Source: a bacterium (lineage in GTDB: Bacteria > SAR324 > JACQKK01). From it: a DNA stretch of 64,000 nucleotides. Numbering within the stretch: the stretch's first letter is position 1; the number at the start of each line of letters is the position of its first letter. Under the pieces are notes generated by a model. That model saw only the letters and a list, made by a program, of their open reading frames with translations, had not been told where the DNA came from and searched no databases. Below are positions 22,530 through 32,246 of the stretch, in pieces. Where the stretch lies: assembly GCA_965240465.1 (NCBI GenBank), contig OZ251219.1, forward strand, positions 1,184,001-1,248,000. The letters run 5' to 3'. The position numbers and the translations under genes are program-made.

Positions 22530-22844
22530 CTAACGATAAATCTTATCACTAGGATACACCAGTCCCATTTTTTTACGAGCCAGATGCTCTATGTACTGGG
22601 GATCATTTTTAAGAGCCTTGATTTGCCAAATACGCGTGATTTTTTTTTGTTTGAGGTTTTGGATATTTTGCTGTTGCTGGGAGATTTGTTTTTTCAGGTC
22701 GCGCTGAGCGAGCCAGCCGTATCGCCCTAATATCAGGATGGCGAGTAGCCCTCCTAGTAGTGCCAGGGCGGAGTATTTCAGCATCCTAGCTGTTAATAAA
22801 GCGAGGGGTTTTTTTTTCCAAGCCTTAAAAATATTGGGTAGCAT
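22530..22844 (-). CDS. ftsB: Septum formation initiator (FtsB/DivIC family)
   Basis: Single TM, coiled coil, and LKNDPQYIEHLARKKMGLVYPSD signature. Confidence 0.8.
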   Translation of the reverse strand: MLPNIFKAWKKKPLALLTARMLKYSALALLGGLLAILILGRYGWLAQRDLKKQISQQQQNIQNLKQKKITRIWQIKALKNDPQYIEHLARKKMGLVYPSDKIYR

Positions 22845-22847
22845 TGG

Positions 22848-23075
22848 TTAGTTTTTTTTACCTTGCAAGAAGGACTCTTGTTCTTTGGGGGAGAGAGTAG
22901 CTACAAATCTTTTACAGGCGTTGCTGATTCTTTGAGCAGCTCGCTTTGAGTTTCCAAATGATTCCCACTCACCGAGGGCGTGGTCTACGCTTTGCCTTAG
23001 TTTGTGATGGGCGGGGTAATTGTAGAACGGATTATTATTTGATATTTGGTACGAGATGTCAGAGTTGATTTCCAT
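22848..23075 (-). CDS. Small hypothetical protein
   Basis: 75-aa ATG ORF with a purine-rich upstream region, stop abutting ftsB. Confidence 0.55.
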   Translation of the reverse strand: MEINSDISYQISNNNPFYNYPAHHKLRQSVDHALGEWESFGNSKRAAQRISNACKRFVATLSPKEQESFLQGKKN

Positions 23076-23228
23076 AAGCTTTCCCTTTCTTGATGATGGA
23101 TGTTTTTAGTTGAATAAATTAAAGCACTAAAATAAATCTCGCAAATAAATCTCGCAAATAAATCTCGCAAAGAAATCCCGCAAATAAATCCCGCAGAGTA
23201 ATTCTCAGCGGGATGACTTCATATTTTT

Positions 23229-23837
23229 TTAGTAATTCCCTCCACTTCTTCCTCTTCTCTCTCCATCCTGTTCACCCTCAAGGCCGCCTTTTTCGCTTAA
23301 CACTTTGTCTAGCTCCTGTTGTTTTTCTGGAGGCAGGAGGATGTATAGATCTTTTAGGGCTAGAGTACTCTCGTTGAATTTTTGTAATCGGGATTGTAAT
23401 ACTTGGAGTTTCAGGGAGAATTTTTCAGGGGCATCAGTCGTGGTTCTCATTCGTTGACAGAGAGACTCATTTGGTTGAAATGCCAAGCTCAATTTTTCGC
23501 TAAAATTGCGAAAGGCTTTTTCTTGATCTTTGCCCTCAACTTGGAGTAGCTCTGACAATTTCCTTATTTTATTTTGACCTCTGACGGTAAACGCTACAGA
23601 ACAGGTTCCATAAGGAAATACTAAGAAATCCTTCTTGTAATTGTTACCATCAAGACGCTTATCAAAGCTGCGTTTCTTATCAAAGCTGCGTTTCTTATCA
23701 AAGCTGTGTTTCTTATCATCGCCACGATTTGCAAATGCAGAGGTCAGAAAAAAGGTGATAAATACCGCAATGATAATTTGAACATAACCTTTAGAAAAGA
23801 ATTTACGGATGCTATCCGATAAAGATGAACTAGCCAT
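23229..23837 (-). CDS. Hypothetical exported or membrane-anchored protein
   Basis: AAGGA RBS, N-terminal hydrophobic helix, in-frame 18-bp repeat (KRSFDK). Confidence 0.65.
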   Translation of the reverse strand: MASSSLSDSIRKFFSKGYVQIIIAVFITFFLTSAFANRGDDKKHSFDKKRSFDKKRSFDKRLDGNNYKKDFLVFPYGTCSVAFTVRGQNKIRKLSELLQVEGKDQEKAFRNFSEKLSLAFQPNESLCQRMRTTTDAPEKFSLKLQVLQSRLQKFNESTLALKDLYILLPPEKQQELDKVLSEKGGLEGEQDGERRGRSGGNY

Positions 23838-23900
23838 GATGGATTCCTTTTATTGATATTACTAAAAAACAAACATATAAACTGCGATTACACGCAACAG

Positions 23901-23973
23901 TGGAGACGAGGAGAATCGAACTCCCGACCTCGGCATTGCGAACGCCGTGCTCTCCCAACTGAGCTACGTCCCC
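23901..23973 (-). tRNA. tRNA-Ala(CGC), CCA not encoded
   Basis: Reverse complement GGGGACGTAGCTCAGTTGGGAGAGCACGGCGTTCGCAATGCCGAGGTCGGGAGTTCGATTCTCCTCGTCTCCA: cloverleaf, G3:U70 Ala identity pair, CGC anticodon, TTCGA T-loop. Confidence 0.96.
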
Positions 23974-24207
23974 AGTATGTCCCTAGGTCTGAATGCGAGG
24001 CTATACCAATAAATAATAAAAAGCAAGGGGGGTAGGAAATTTTATTAGGTAGTTATCAGGTGGTGGTGGGGGGGGTATTAAGTGTGGATTAAGGAGGTAA
24101 GGGTTTAGAGTACCTAATGTATCTTAAATATAGTATGGTGGATGCCTTAATTACCTCAAGACGGTTTATTGGGGAGGTGATTTAGATATTTTGTTTTGGG
24201 TATTTTT

Positions 24208-26595
24208 ATGAATATCGCCAGGGCGTGTTTTGATGGACGCGTTTCAGAGATAGATAAGCAGATTATTGAGGAGGAATTGCAGATTCTGGAGAGTATGCGT
24301 GGTTTTTTTCATTCAGCTGAGGGTCATTCTGAGCGGATGCTAGATGATGAGATGCTATGGTTGCGTGATTCCATGGCTGAGTCGAGTAAGGATGACCAAG
24401 CTCAGTTGATGGCACAGCTGATATCGGTTTCTGAGTTAGCCAAGCAGAGAGTTACTCCGATGGAGAGTGTTCAGGAAGGCACGCCTTATTTTGGGCATTT
24501 ACGCCTGAAGCAGGAGGGTAGGACTCGTGATGTGCTGATAGGCAATGCTAATTTGATGAGGAGTGAAGCCCCCATGCCGATAGTGAATTGGCATAGTTCC
24601 CCAGTGAGTAGGGTATTTTATTGTTATCAGGAGGGGGATTTATTTGAGGAGAGTTTTGGTGGTCGTTTGGTGGATGGCGAGGTACTGGTACATAGGCGGT
24701 TGGTGATTGAGGGTGGTTTGCTATTGAGGGTGGAGTGTTTGCGGGGTCGTTTTCAGTTTATGGATGGTTGTTGGCGTCGGGTGAAGGAGCATCCTCTTAG
24801 TTTGACGGGTGGAGAGTATTCAGCTCTTCGTCCGAGCAAGGACAAGCCTAGTTTGGGGATTCAAGCCAGTGTTTCAGGATTGAGTGATCGTCGGCTGGCG
24901 AATATAACGGGTCTGCTGGATGAGTCTCAGTACGAGTTAATCACCGATGCTGATAGTCAGGTGATGGTAGTGGATGGCGGGGCGGGTTCTGGCAAGACGA
25001 CGGTAGCTTTGCATCGGCTAGCATTTTTATCTCAGCACGACCCTAAGCGATTTGTTCCTAGGCGGATGATGGTAGTGGTTTTCAGTGCTGCGATGGCATC
25101 CTATATTGAGCATTTTCTGCCTGCTCTGGAGGTACACAAATGTCGGATAGAGGTATATGAGAAGCTGGTAGAAAATTTAAGAAAGCGTCATTTTCCTAAG
25201 TTGCCAGCCGAGTATCACAGTACTACTACGGGTTTGGTTTGGCGTTTTAAGCATAGTTTTGTTTGTCAGGAGTTATTGCTTCGGGCTGCAAGCGAGCGGG
25301 CTGCCGAATGGGAAGCCGACCTGAGAGAAGCACTAGGTGAAGCTCCGCAGACTGAAATCTTGCTGGAGGGCTGGCGTAGATCGTCTTTTGAGTTCATTGC
25401 TCTGAGACCGCGAATGTTTGTTCGGTGGCTGGAAAATAAGGATCCAGAGCGTCCTTCGCCGCCAGAGCTGGATTATCTTTCCAAGCAGAGATTGCAAAAA
25501 GCACTGCAGCCCTTTGAACGGCTAGTCACAAAACCAGAGCACTTCGTACTGGATATCTGGTCGGAAAGCTTTCTTAGCCATGTCAAACTAACCGAACTGC
25601 TTAACAAAATCGCCCCCGATGCCTATACTCCCCAGCAAATCAGGGAACTACACCAAAAACTGTTCTCTGGATATAGCACCTTGCAAGATTGGCTAGAATG
25701 GAAATCGGAAACACCGACCGATGATCAATTATCAGGCAGCTTTAAGCTGGGTAAGGGAACTGCTCCCATTAAACCGCAATTCTACCGAGAAGACGATACC
25801 ATATTGCTATCATTATATCAGTCGCTTGTGGGACCACTACAAGAACACCGACAACCACTTAAACTCGCACATATCACCATAGATGAAGCTCAAGACTTCA
25901 GCCCGCCAGAATTGAAAATGCTCCTAAATATAGCGGAAAAACCCTTCTCCCTCACCCTGGCTGGCGATACCGAACAACGCGTTATCCTCCATCAAGAACC
26001 CAAGGGGTGGATACCCATGCTACGCGAAATAGGACTGGAAAATCATGCCAACCTCCGACGACTAGAAGTCGGATACCGCGGCACTGAACCGATTATCAAT
26101 TTCTCCCGCAAAATACTCGGACACCTCCACCAAGGACATCCTTGGCGTGCCATTCGGGGCGGACCTCCTGTTCTATTGCTGCAGTCCAAGCAAACAGGAT
26201 TCGGACCTGCCATCTCCTTTATTGCTCCTATCCTTAAAAGCCTCCAACAACGAGAACCACATGCTACCATCGCCCTCATCGCCAGAGAAGAACAAGAAGC
26301 TCAAGATTATCATCAGGGCTTACTCAATGCCGATGTCCCCAAACTTAGGCTCGTGCTGGATTACAATTTCTCCTTCCAAGCAGGCACCGACATCACCACC
26401 ATCACCCAAGTTAAAGGACTGGAATTTGATTATGTACTCATCCTCAACGTAAATCAGCAAAACTGGCACGATGATGACCACTCCCGATTTCTCCTCCATG
26501 TCGCCGCTACCAGAGCAGCTCATCAACTCTGGCTCATCTGCTGTGGAACTCCCTCAAAACTGCTGCCTGATAACTTACACACTTATTTATTCTAA
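24208..26595 (+). CDS. HelD-like superfamily 1 helicase (RNA polymerase recycling ATPase family)
   Basis: N-terminal PYFGHL...NWHSSPVSRVFY as in HelD; Walker A GGAGSGKT, IDEAQD, KGLEFD and VAATRA motifs. Confidence 0.8.
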   Translation: MNIARACFDGRVSEIDKQIIEEELQILESMRGFFHSAEGHSERMLDDEMLWLRDSMAESSKDDQAQLMAQLISVSELAKQRVTPMESVQEGTPYFGHLRLKQEGRTRDVLIGNANLMRSEAPMPIVNWHSSPVSRVFYCYQEGDLFEESFGGRLVDGEVLVHRRLVIEGGLLLRVECLRGRFQFMDGCWRRVKEHPLSLTGGEYSALRPSKDKPSLGIQASVSGLSDRRLANITGLLDESQYELITDADSQVMVVDGGAGSGKTTVALHRLAFLSQHDPKRFVPRRMMVVVFSAAMASYIEHFLPALEVHKCRIEVYEKLVENLRKRHFPKLPAEYHSTTTGLVWRFKHSFVCQELLLRAASERAAEWEADLREALGEAPQTEILLEGWRRSSFEFIALRPRMFVRWLENKDPERPSPPELDYLSKQRLQKALQPFERLVTKPEHFVLDIWSESFLSHVKLTELLNKIAPDAYTPQQIRELHQKLFSGYSTLQDWLEWKSETPTDDQLSGSFKLGKGTAPIKPQFYREDDTILLSLYQSLVGPLQEHRQPLKLAHITIDEAQDFSPPELKMLLNIAEKPFSLTLAGDTEQRVILHQEPKGWIPMLREIGLENHANLRRLEVGYRGTEPIINFSRKILGHLHQGHPWRAIRGGPPVLLLQSKQTGFGPAISFIAPILKSLQQREPHATIALIAREEQEAQDYHQGLLNADVPKLRLVLDYNFSFQAGTDITTITQVKGLEFDYVLILNVNQQNWHDDDHSRFLLHVAATRAAHQLWLICCGTPSKLLPDNLHTYLF

Positions 26596-26650
26596 AAAAC
26601 AACCCATCCCTCACCTCACCCTCACCTCACCCCCCATCCCCCCTGAGAAC

Positions 26651-26679
26651 TTGACAAACCGATTGCCATTCCCTATACT
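26651..26679 (+). promoter_or_regulatory. Near-consensus sigma70 promoter pointing into a non-coding region
   Basis: TTGACA (26651-26656), 17-bp spacer, TATACT (26674-26679). Confidence 0.75.
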
Positions 26680-26685
26680 CGCCTT

Positions 26686-27360
26686 ATCGGGACATTTTTT
26701 ACTCAAACTGCAGTCTTGCCAGACTAGTAGGCAAGCATGGATTAAAAAATGCTCTGAATACTGAATGAAAGGGAATGGGAAGTGACCACCTGAGGTTCCG
26801 TCAATACCGAAGGGTGGATCATACATGCCTTATGATGAGCTATGATCTTAATCGGTTACTTTGCTTTAATTGCAATTTGGCATGTGCAATGACGAGGAAG
26901 ATGAGGAGGTGGACTGCACCGTAATCTCTTCTCCCCTCCGCTAATGAGCAGAGTTTCTGCCATTAAGGGAAACGCGGATTAAGCAGTCGGCAGAAACAAT
27001 GGGGAGTGAAAACTCCGAAGGTCGTGAAACGCGGTTTCTGTTTTCTGGTGAGTACCTAGTCTGGTAGATTTTGGGTGCTTATCCGATGAATATATTTCAC
27101 GCCTAAGACCGAGCTGGGACTGGCATTGTCAGTCCTGATATCATCAGTCCGCTAGCTGCCAGAGCAAGTGCGAGATTGTAAGTCTCGGTCTACTGATTAG
27201 CAGTACCGTTTGGGTATTTGCTAGCGGAGCGGAGGTTGTCATTGCACACCGTAAGCTACCGTGGGGGGCTGGGAGGAAATGCCATCATCTCCGTGGAAAG
27301 AGAATAATGGAGCAAGCAATGACATTCCCCATCTCTTTTATTCTGCTCCTTTAGTTTTTT
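26686..27360 (+). ncRNA. Candidate large structured non-coding RNA (about 600-670 nt, family unassigned)
   Basis: No credible ORF, own promoter, many nested helices found by eye (26883-26893/27238-27248, 26935-26942/27228-27235, 26953-26961/26989-26997, 27148-27156/27220-27228, GAAA tetraloop hairpin 27003-27016). Ends in a T-rich tract near 27350-27362. Boundaries approximate. Confidence 0.65.
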
Positions 27361-27370
27361 TATTACCGCC

Positions 27371-29260
27371 CTACACTTCATCAACCTGCTCAGATCCATT
27401 AGCACCCGAGACATCAGTTTTTTTATAAGTTTCAATATTTGTTTTAGGCGGTAGTTTTTCCTTAGCTGCTGGTTTATTTTTTGTTTCACCAAATATTATT
27501 TTAATTTCTCTAATAATATTTTCTTTGCTTTTAGCCAACCCTTCAGGATCAGACATTAATGTTTCTATATCTGGATAAGATGCTAATTCTATAATAAAAC
27601 TATTAACGACACCTATATCAATATTTTTACTACAACCTTGAAGATTACTAAAATGAGGATCATTTTTTATTAGGTATGTAACCTCATCTTTATCAAATAT
27701 CTGTTCTATTTTTTTCCCATGTTTCAAATGATTAACTTGAACATTACATTCAGGATCCTTTGAGATATTATCACCAGAATCATTCCCTGCGTTGTCGTCA
27801 TCTAGCAAGCAATATACTTTTTCTTTAGGACAAAAAAATGAAGATATGAAAGATTCCATACTTGTAGTACCAGTCATGGGTATTATCCCAAAATCTTCTC
27901 CACTATCAACAGTGGATAAAGCATAATAATCTGTTATTCCCTCAACAACAACTATCTTATCTTTTGTAAAAGCCTCTTCAAGTAAAGAAGGTACAGAACC
28001 TAAAGCATCTCTTATTGGCTGAAAAGCCTCATCTTTCCCTTTTTTATGTTCTAGCGAGTGAGTTAATTTTATATTACTATCATCTTTTATGTCTCTATGA
28101 CATGTCATTGTTCTTGATAGAAATGCTTTTTGTAATAAATGTTGATAGTGAGTGGTATATACTACAAAATTTTTCTTTGCTAATTCTTTTAGAATCTTAC
28201 CTAAGGCTACTTGCGAAGAAGCATGTAAATAACAACCTGGTTCATCTAATAAATAAATAACACCATTCTTATTTTTCCTATAAGAGAAGGTTTTGATAAT
28301 GAGGTTAAAGAACCATAAAAAACCTCTACTTCTTTGATCAAGATCAAAATCACTACTTTTTTTATTAATAATCTCTTTTTTATTAACAGTCTTTTTTTCC
28401 TCAACAGTCTCTACAATTCCAATATTAATCTCACCATTTTCACGAGATAATTCAATTTCTAATTTACTTTTAGACGAAACATCCTCAATCTTTTGTAAGT
28501 GATCCCATTCTTCTCTTAATTCATTGTTAAAATTAGTAGCTATGGTACGTAGTTGTTTCTTACCTATATTCATAATATTACTACCAAAACTTTCAAGTAT
28601 TCTCTTAAATGTCTGGAATGAATAATCGTTATAACCTTTATTGTTCTCTTTAGGAATTCCTATAGGACTACTTATCTTATCTACATGATAATCGTAATAA
28701 ACCATACGAGGAAGTCTTCTGATAACACTTTTATAGAAATTTATATCAAGATCATTTTCACTGAATGATTTAAATTCACCTATTTTAAATTTATATTCAG
28801 GTTTTTTATCATTTCCAATAGTTCTTGTAATTTCAATGGTATTATTTTTAGGTATCGCTTCACGGAAATTATCTACTGCATCTGTCCAGCTACTATTAAA
28901 GCTACCAATATCATTATCAACATCTTCAAAAGTATATTCATGATCTTCATCATCTGGTACTTTATAGTTTAATCTTAAAAAAACATCCTTTAAATCTTCT
29001 TTTGTGCAAGAAATCTCTGCACATATGATTGCTTCCTCCCTCTCATCATAGTTATAGCGGTTAATAATATTTGTGAGGTGTTTATACCTTACATCATCAT
29101 CATCATTTCTATAATCAAAAGCCAACATAGCTTGCAGTATGGTCGTTTTACCGCATTCATTTATGCCGATGATGGGAACAGCACCATTTTCACCTAATTT
29201 AACTTCTAAATCTTCAGATATTGCTTTGTATTTTCTAATGATGAATTTTTTGTAATGCAT
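27371..29260 (-). CDS. OLD-family ATP-dependent nuclease (ABC-type ATPase plus TOPRIM), likely defence gene
   Basis: Walker A GINECGKT, signature SRG, Walker B YLLDEPG, H-loop YTTH, TOPRIM VVVEGITD and LLDDD. Markedly AT-rich relative to flanks. Confidence 0.82.
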   Translation of the reverse strand: MHYKKFIIRKYKAISEDLEVKLGENGAVPIIGINECGKTTILQAMLAFDYRNDDDDVRYKHLTNIINRYNYDEREEAIICAEISCTKEDLKDVFLRLNYKVPDDEDHEYTFEDVDNDIGSFNSSWTDAVDNFREAIPKNNTIEITRTIGNDKKPEYKFKIGEFKSFSENDLDINFYKSVIRRLPRMVYYDYHVDKISSPIGIPKENNKGYNDYSFQTFKRILESFGSNIMNIGKKQLRTIATNFNNELREEWDHLQKIEDVSSKSKLEIELSRENGEINIGIVETVEEKKTVNKKEIINKKSSDFDLDQRSRGFLWFFNLIIKTFSYRKNKNGVIYLLDEPGCYLHASSQVALGKILKELAKKNFVVYTTHYQHLLQKAFLSRTMTCHRDIKDDSNIKLTHSLEHKKGKDEAFQPIRDALGSVPSLLEEAFTKDKIVVVEGITDYYALSTVDSGEDFGIIPMTGTTSMESFISSFFCPKEKVYCLLDDDNAGNDSGDNISKDPECNVQVNHLKHGKKIEQIFDKDEVTYLIKNDPHFSNLQGCSKNIDIGVVNSFIIELASYPDIETLMSDPEGLAKSKENIIREIKIIFGETKNKPAAKEKLPPKTNIETYKKTDVSGANGSEQVDEV

Positions 29261-29339
29261 AGCTTAGACCTCTATTAATGAGCTGTTTTATGTAAGTATA
29301 GGACTAGATACTTTTATTGTAAAGCTATGCATTACTTAC

Positions 29340-31199
29340 TTATTTAGGTTCTTTCCAAGCCCCGTGCGTTTTAATTAGTTCTACTAGACGAGTTACAGCT
29401 TGCTCTGCGGGTACGCCTTTTTCCACGCATTGCTGCCCCTTATAGAGATTGATTTTCCCAGGGGCACCGCCTACATAACCGAAGTCGGCATCAGCCATTT
29501 CGCCTGGTCCGTTGACGATACATCCCATGATTCCTATTTTCAATCCTTTGAGATGTGCGGTTTTGGCTTTGATGCTGGCGGTGGTTAGTTGGAGGTCAAA
29601 GAGGGTTCTGCCGCAGGAGGGGCAAGAGATGTAATCGGTTTGGAAGGTTTTTAGTCTGGCGGCTTGCATGAGGGTTTGACAGAATACGGATTCGGGGCTT
29701 TGGGGATTATCGTTGGGACAGATGATTGCGTCCAAGTAGCCGTCAACGGCGAGGGCACCGACTTCCACTGCGGTTTGGATGGAGGTATCTTTGGGGGCGA
29801 GTTGAGGCAATCGGGCTGCGATGAGCCAATCTAGCCCGAGTTCTTGGAGGTAGAGGATGAGACGGCGAGCGGGTTGTAGGCAGTAGGGAGCATCCAGTAC
29901 GAGCATACCTCTGTGGGGTTGATGTTTTAGGTTTTCTAGTAGGTAGGGGAGGTTTTGCCAGTCATCGGGTGAGATGAGCAGACAGAGGGGGTAGTTGAGA
30001 GAGGCGAGTTCGGGTGCGAGGGAGAAGGGGTATAGTCGCGGTAGTGGTGGTTTGGCGAGGAGTGGGGAGGGAGATTGTAAGCTAGTGCAGTTTGCGATGT
30101 GTGCGTCAAAGACCTCTTGTTTGTGGAAGGAAGGGAGTGAGAAGTGGGTTGGCGAGGCGGATGTTTGTGAGGCGGATGTTTGTGAGGAGGATGTTTGTGA
30201 GGAGGATGTTTGTGCGAGCAATGCGACTGGGTTTTGGTAGCCGAGGGATAGTTTTCCTAGTTGTATGGAGCGAGTTTTTCGTCTTTGGAAGGTTGTTGGT
30301 GGGAGCCATGGTACATTTTTCCAGTGGGGTCCTTGTGAGACGCTGTGGACGGCTTGGATGATGGCATTAGCGACGGGGATTTCGTTTTCAGAGGGTTCGG
30401 TGAGTGATACTCGGATGGTGTCTCCGAGTCCATCGGCTAGGAGGGTTCCGATACCTAGTGCGGATTTACATCGTGCTTGGAGTCCGTCTCCGGCTTCTGT
30501 TACGCCGAGGTGTAGTGGGAAGTCCATATTTTTGGCGATCATATCTTTTGCGAGTAGTCGGTATGCGGCCACGGCGACCAAGGGATTGGAGGATTTCATT
30601 GAGACGATGACGGATTTGAAGTTATTTTTTTGGCAGATGAGGAGGTATTCCATAGCACATTGTACCATTCCCTTTGGAGTGTCTCCCCAGCGGTTGAGGA
30701 TGCGGTCAGAGAGCGAGCCGTGGTTGACTCCGATTCTCAAGGCGCGTTGGGATTGTTGTAGTTTTTCTAGGAGAGGTTGGAAGGTTATTTGGACGCGTTG
30801 GAGTTCTTCTTTATATTGGGAGTTGGTATATTCTCGCAGTTGGAAGCGTTTTTGGTCTACGAAGTTCCCTGGGTTGATACGTACTTTTTCCACCCATTGG
30901 GTGCAGTTTAGTGCTAGTGCGGGGTTGAAGTGAATATCGGCAGCTATGGGCATGGTTATGCCGTTCATTTTTTTGCGAATGAGGGGCAATGCTTTTAGGT
31001 CTCGCCTAGTGGGAATTGTAATTCGCACCAGTTGACAGCCCGCGGTTTGTAGCCGTTGCATTTCCGCGATGACTTGGGAGACATCGGTAGTGGGGCTGGT
31101 CAGCATGGATTGCACGCAGATAGGAGCGTTTCCTCCGATGACCAGATCTCCTACCTTAACCTCTCTGGATGCCCGACGACATACCGCCAAAGAACGCAT
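29340..31199 (-). CDS. ispG: (E)-4-hydroxy-3-methylbut-2-enyl-diphosphate synthase, long form
   Basis: VQSM, ADIHF, RINPGN, RIGVNHGSL, HLGVTEAG, SCPSCGR and MGCIVNGPGE motifs. The ORF extends to 31259. Confidence 0.96.
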   Translation of the reverse strand: MRSLAVCRRASREVKVGDLVIGGNAPICVQSMLTSPTTDVSQVIAEMQRLQTAGCQLVRITIPTRRDLKALPLIRKKMNGITMPIAADIHFNPALALNCTQWVEKVRINPGNFVDQKRFQLREYTNSQYKEELQRVQITFQPLLEKLQQSQRALRIGVNHGSLSDRILNRWGDTPKGMVQCAMEYLLICQKNNFKSVIVSMKSSNPLVAVAAYRLLAKDMIAKNMDFPLHLGVTEAGDGLQARCKSALGIGTLLADGLGDTIRVSLTEPSENEIPVANAIIQAVHSVSQGPHWKNVPWLPPTTFQRRKTRSIQLGKLSLGYQNPVALLAQTSSSQTSSSQTSASQTSASPTHFSLPSFHKQEVFDAHIANCTSLQSPSPLLAKPPLPRLYPFSLAPELASLNYPLCLLISPDDWQNLPYLLENLKHQPHRGMLVLDAPYCLQPARRLILYLQELGLDWLIAARLPQLAPKDTSIQTAVEVGALAVDGYLDAIICPNDNPQSPESVFCQTLMQAARLKTFQTDYISCPSCGRTLFDLQLTTASIKAKTAHLKGLKIGIMGCIVNGPGEMADADFGYVGGAPGKINLYKGQQCVEKGVPAEQAVTRLVELIKTHGAWKEPK

Positions 31200-31440
31200 A
31201 AATAATCCTAAGTGTGTCAAGTTTGTGTTGAAGAGTACTAGTTTATCTTGTAATGCCATTTTATAGCTAGCAGATGCAAGTTTATGGTTCAGCGGTTTTG
31301 CGAATCTTTTGGCGAATCTTTTTGCGAATCTTTTTGCAGATCTTTTTGTGATGTTTCAGCTGGTTTAGTATTAGATTTAGGACTACATATTGCATTACAA
31401 ACGAGCGTTAACTGCCTTTAATAGTAGAGAGTTTGAGGTT

Positions 31441-32226
31441 ATGAATACTAAACGAGTAGCGATAATTTTGGGAAGTTGGTATTGTTTGGGGTTGCTGCTG
31501 GGAGTAGGAAATGCGGCCGCGAAAACGGATAAAGCAGCCTATCGGATGATGCAGATAGTCTATGCAGAGGAGAAGAAGCATAGAACTCGGGACGTGGTGA
31601 TGGAAATGGTGGTTCGGGATGTAAAGAAGCGTGAGCGTCGCTATTATTTTCGTAGTCGCAAGTTGCAGGAGTTGCCTACTTTGAGCAAGACCATGGTTCG
31701 TTTTTTTCGTCCTACCAGCATCAGTGGCACTTCTCTTTTGAGTTGGAGGAATGATAGGAAAAACAAGATCAGTCAGTGGCTTTATCTACCTGTGAGCAAG
31801 AGTGTTCGGCAGCTAAGTTCTCGGGATGGCAATGGTAGCTTTATCGGCTCCGAGTTCAGCTATGCCGATATGGCAGGACGCCAGCTAGATCAGGATAAAC
31901 ACACCGCTTTACAAAGAACGGGCAAGCTTTTTTTTATTCAGAGCGTTCCCAAAAGCAAGGCCGATGCCTACTCCAAGATTGTTCATGTGATAGATATTCA
32001 GCTCAGGATTACTAGGCGGATGGTATTTTATGATCGGCAAGGTAGGAAGTTAAAAACTCTGGATAACACCGATATAACTAATGTGAAGGGTGCAAACATA
32101 ATTACCAAGGCGGTAATGACTAATCATCAGAGTGGTGGATACTCCGAGGTGAACGTCAATGACATCAGTGTGGGGGTGGAGATTTCTCCTGATGAGGTAG
32201 GGCTTCAATATTTTAGTTCTAATTAA
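31441..32226 (+). CDS. Outer-membrane lipoprotein-sorting (LolA-like) protein
   Basis: Signal peptide, QWLYLP...SFIGSEFSYADM and FYDRQGRKLKTL segments. Confidence 0.78.
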   Translation: MNTKRVAIILGSWYCLGLLLGVGNAAAKTDKAAYRMMQIVYAEEKKHRTRDVVMEMVVRDVKKRERRYYFRSRKLQELPTLSKTMVRFFRPTSISGTSLLSWRNDRKNKISQWLYLPVSKSVRQLSSRDGNGSFIGSEFSYADMAGRQLDQDKHTALQRTGKLFFIQSVPKSKADAYSKIVHVIDIQLRITRRMVFYDRQGRKLKTLDNTDITNVKGANIITKAVMTNHQSGGYSEVNVNDISVGVEISPDEVGLQYFSSN

Positions 32227-32246
32227 ATGTTTTTTGGTTATATGTT

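Noticed and set aside
23853-24035. 60-aa ORF
   Set aside because: Antisense to tRNA-Ala.
26686-27360. RNase P RNA, tmRNA, 6S RNA, or group I/II intron
   Set aside because: No GAGGAAAGUCC or matching P4 3' strand, no tRNA-like ends with T-loop and CCA, too long for 6S, no group II domain V or canonical group I P7, and no interrupted host gene. Checked by eye only.
26471-27492. Short ORFs 26471-26764, 26611-26826 and 27256-27492
   Set aside because: They overlap real genes or the promoter, lack an RBS and have no recognisable content.
26686-29260. Retron with ATPase-TOPRIM effector
   Set aside because: No reverse transcriptase in the window, and the RNA is convergent with the nuclease gene rather than co-transcribed.
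24208-29260. Canonical Gabija (GajA-GajB)
   Set aside because: The genes are convergent and differ in composition, and the helicase has a HelD-type N-terminus rather than a compact GajB.
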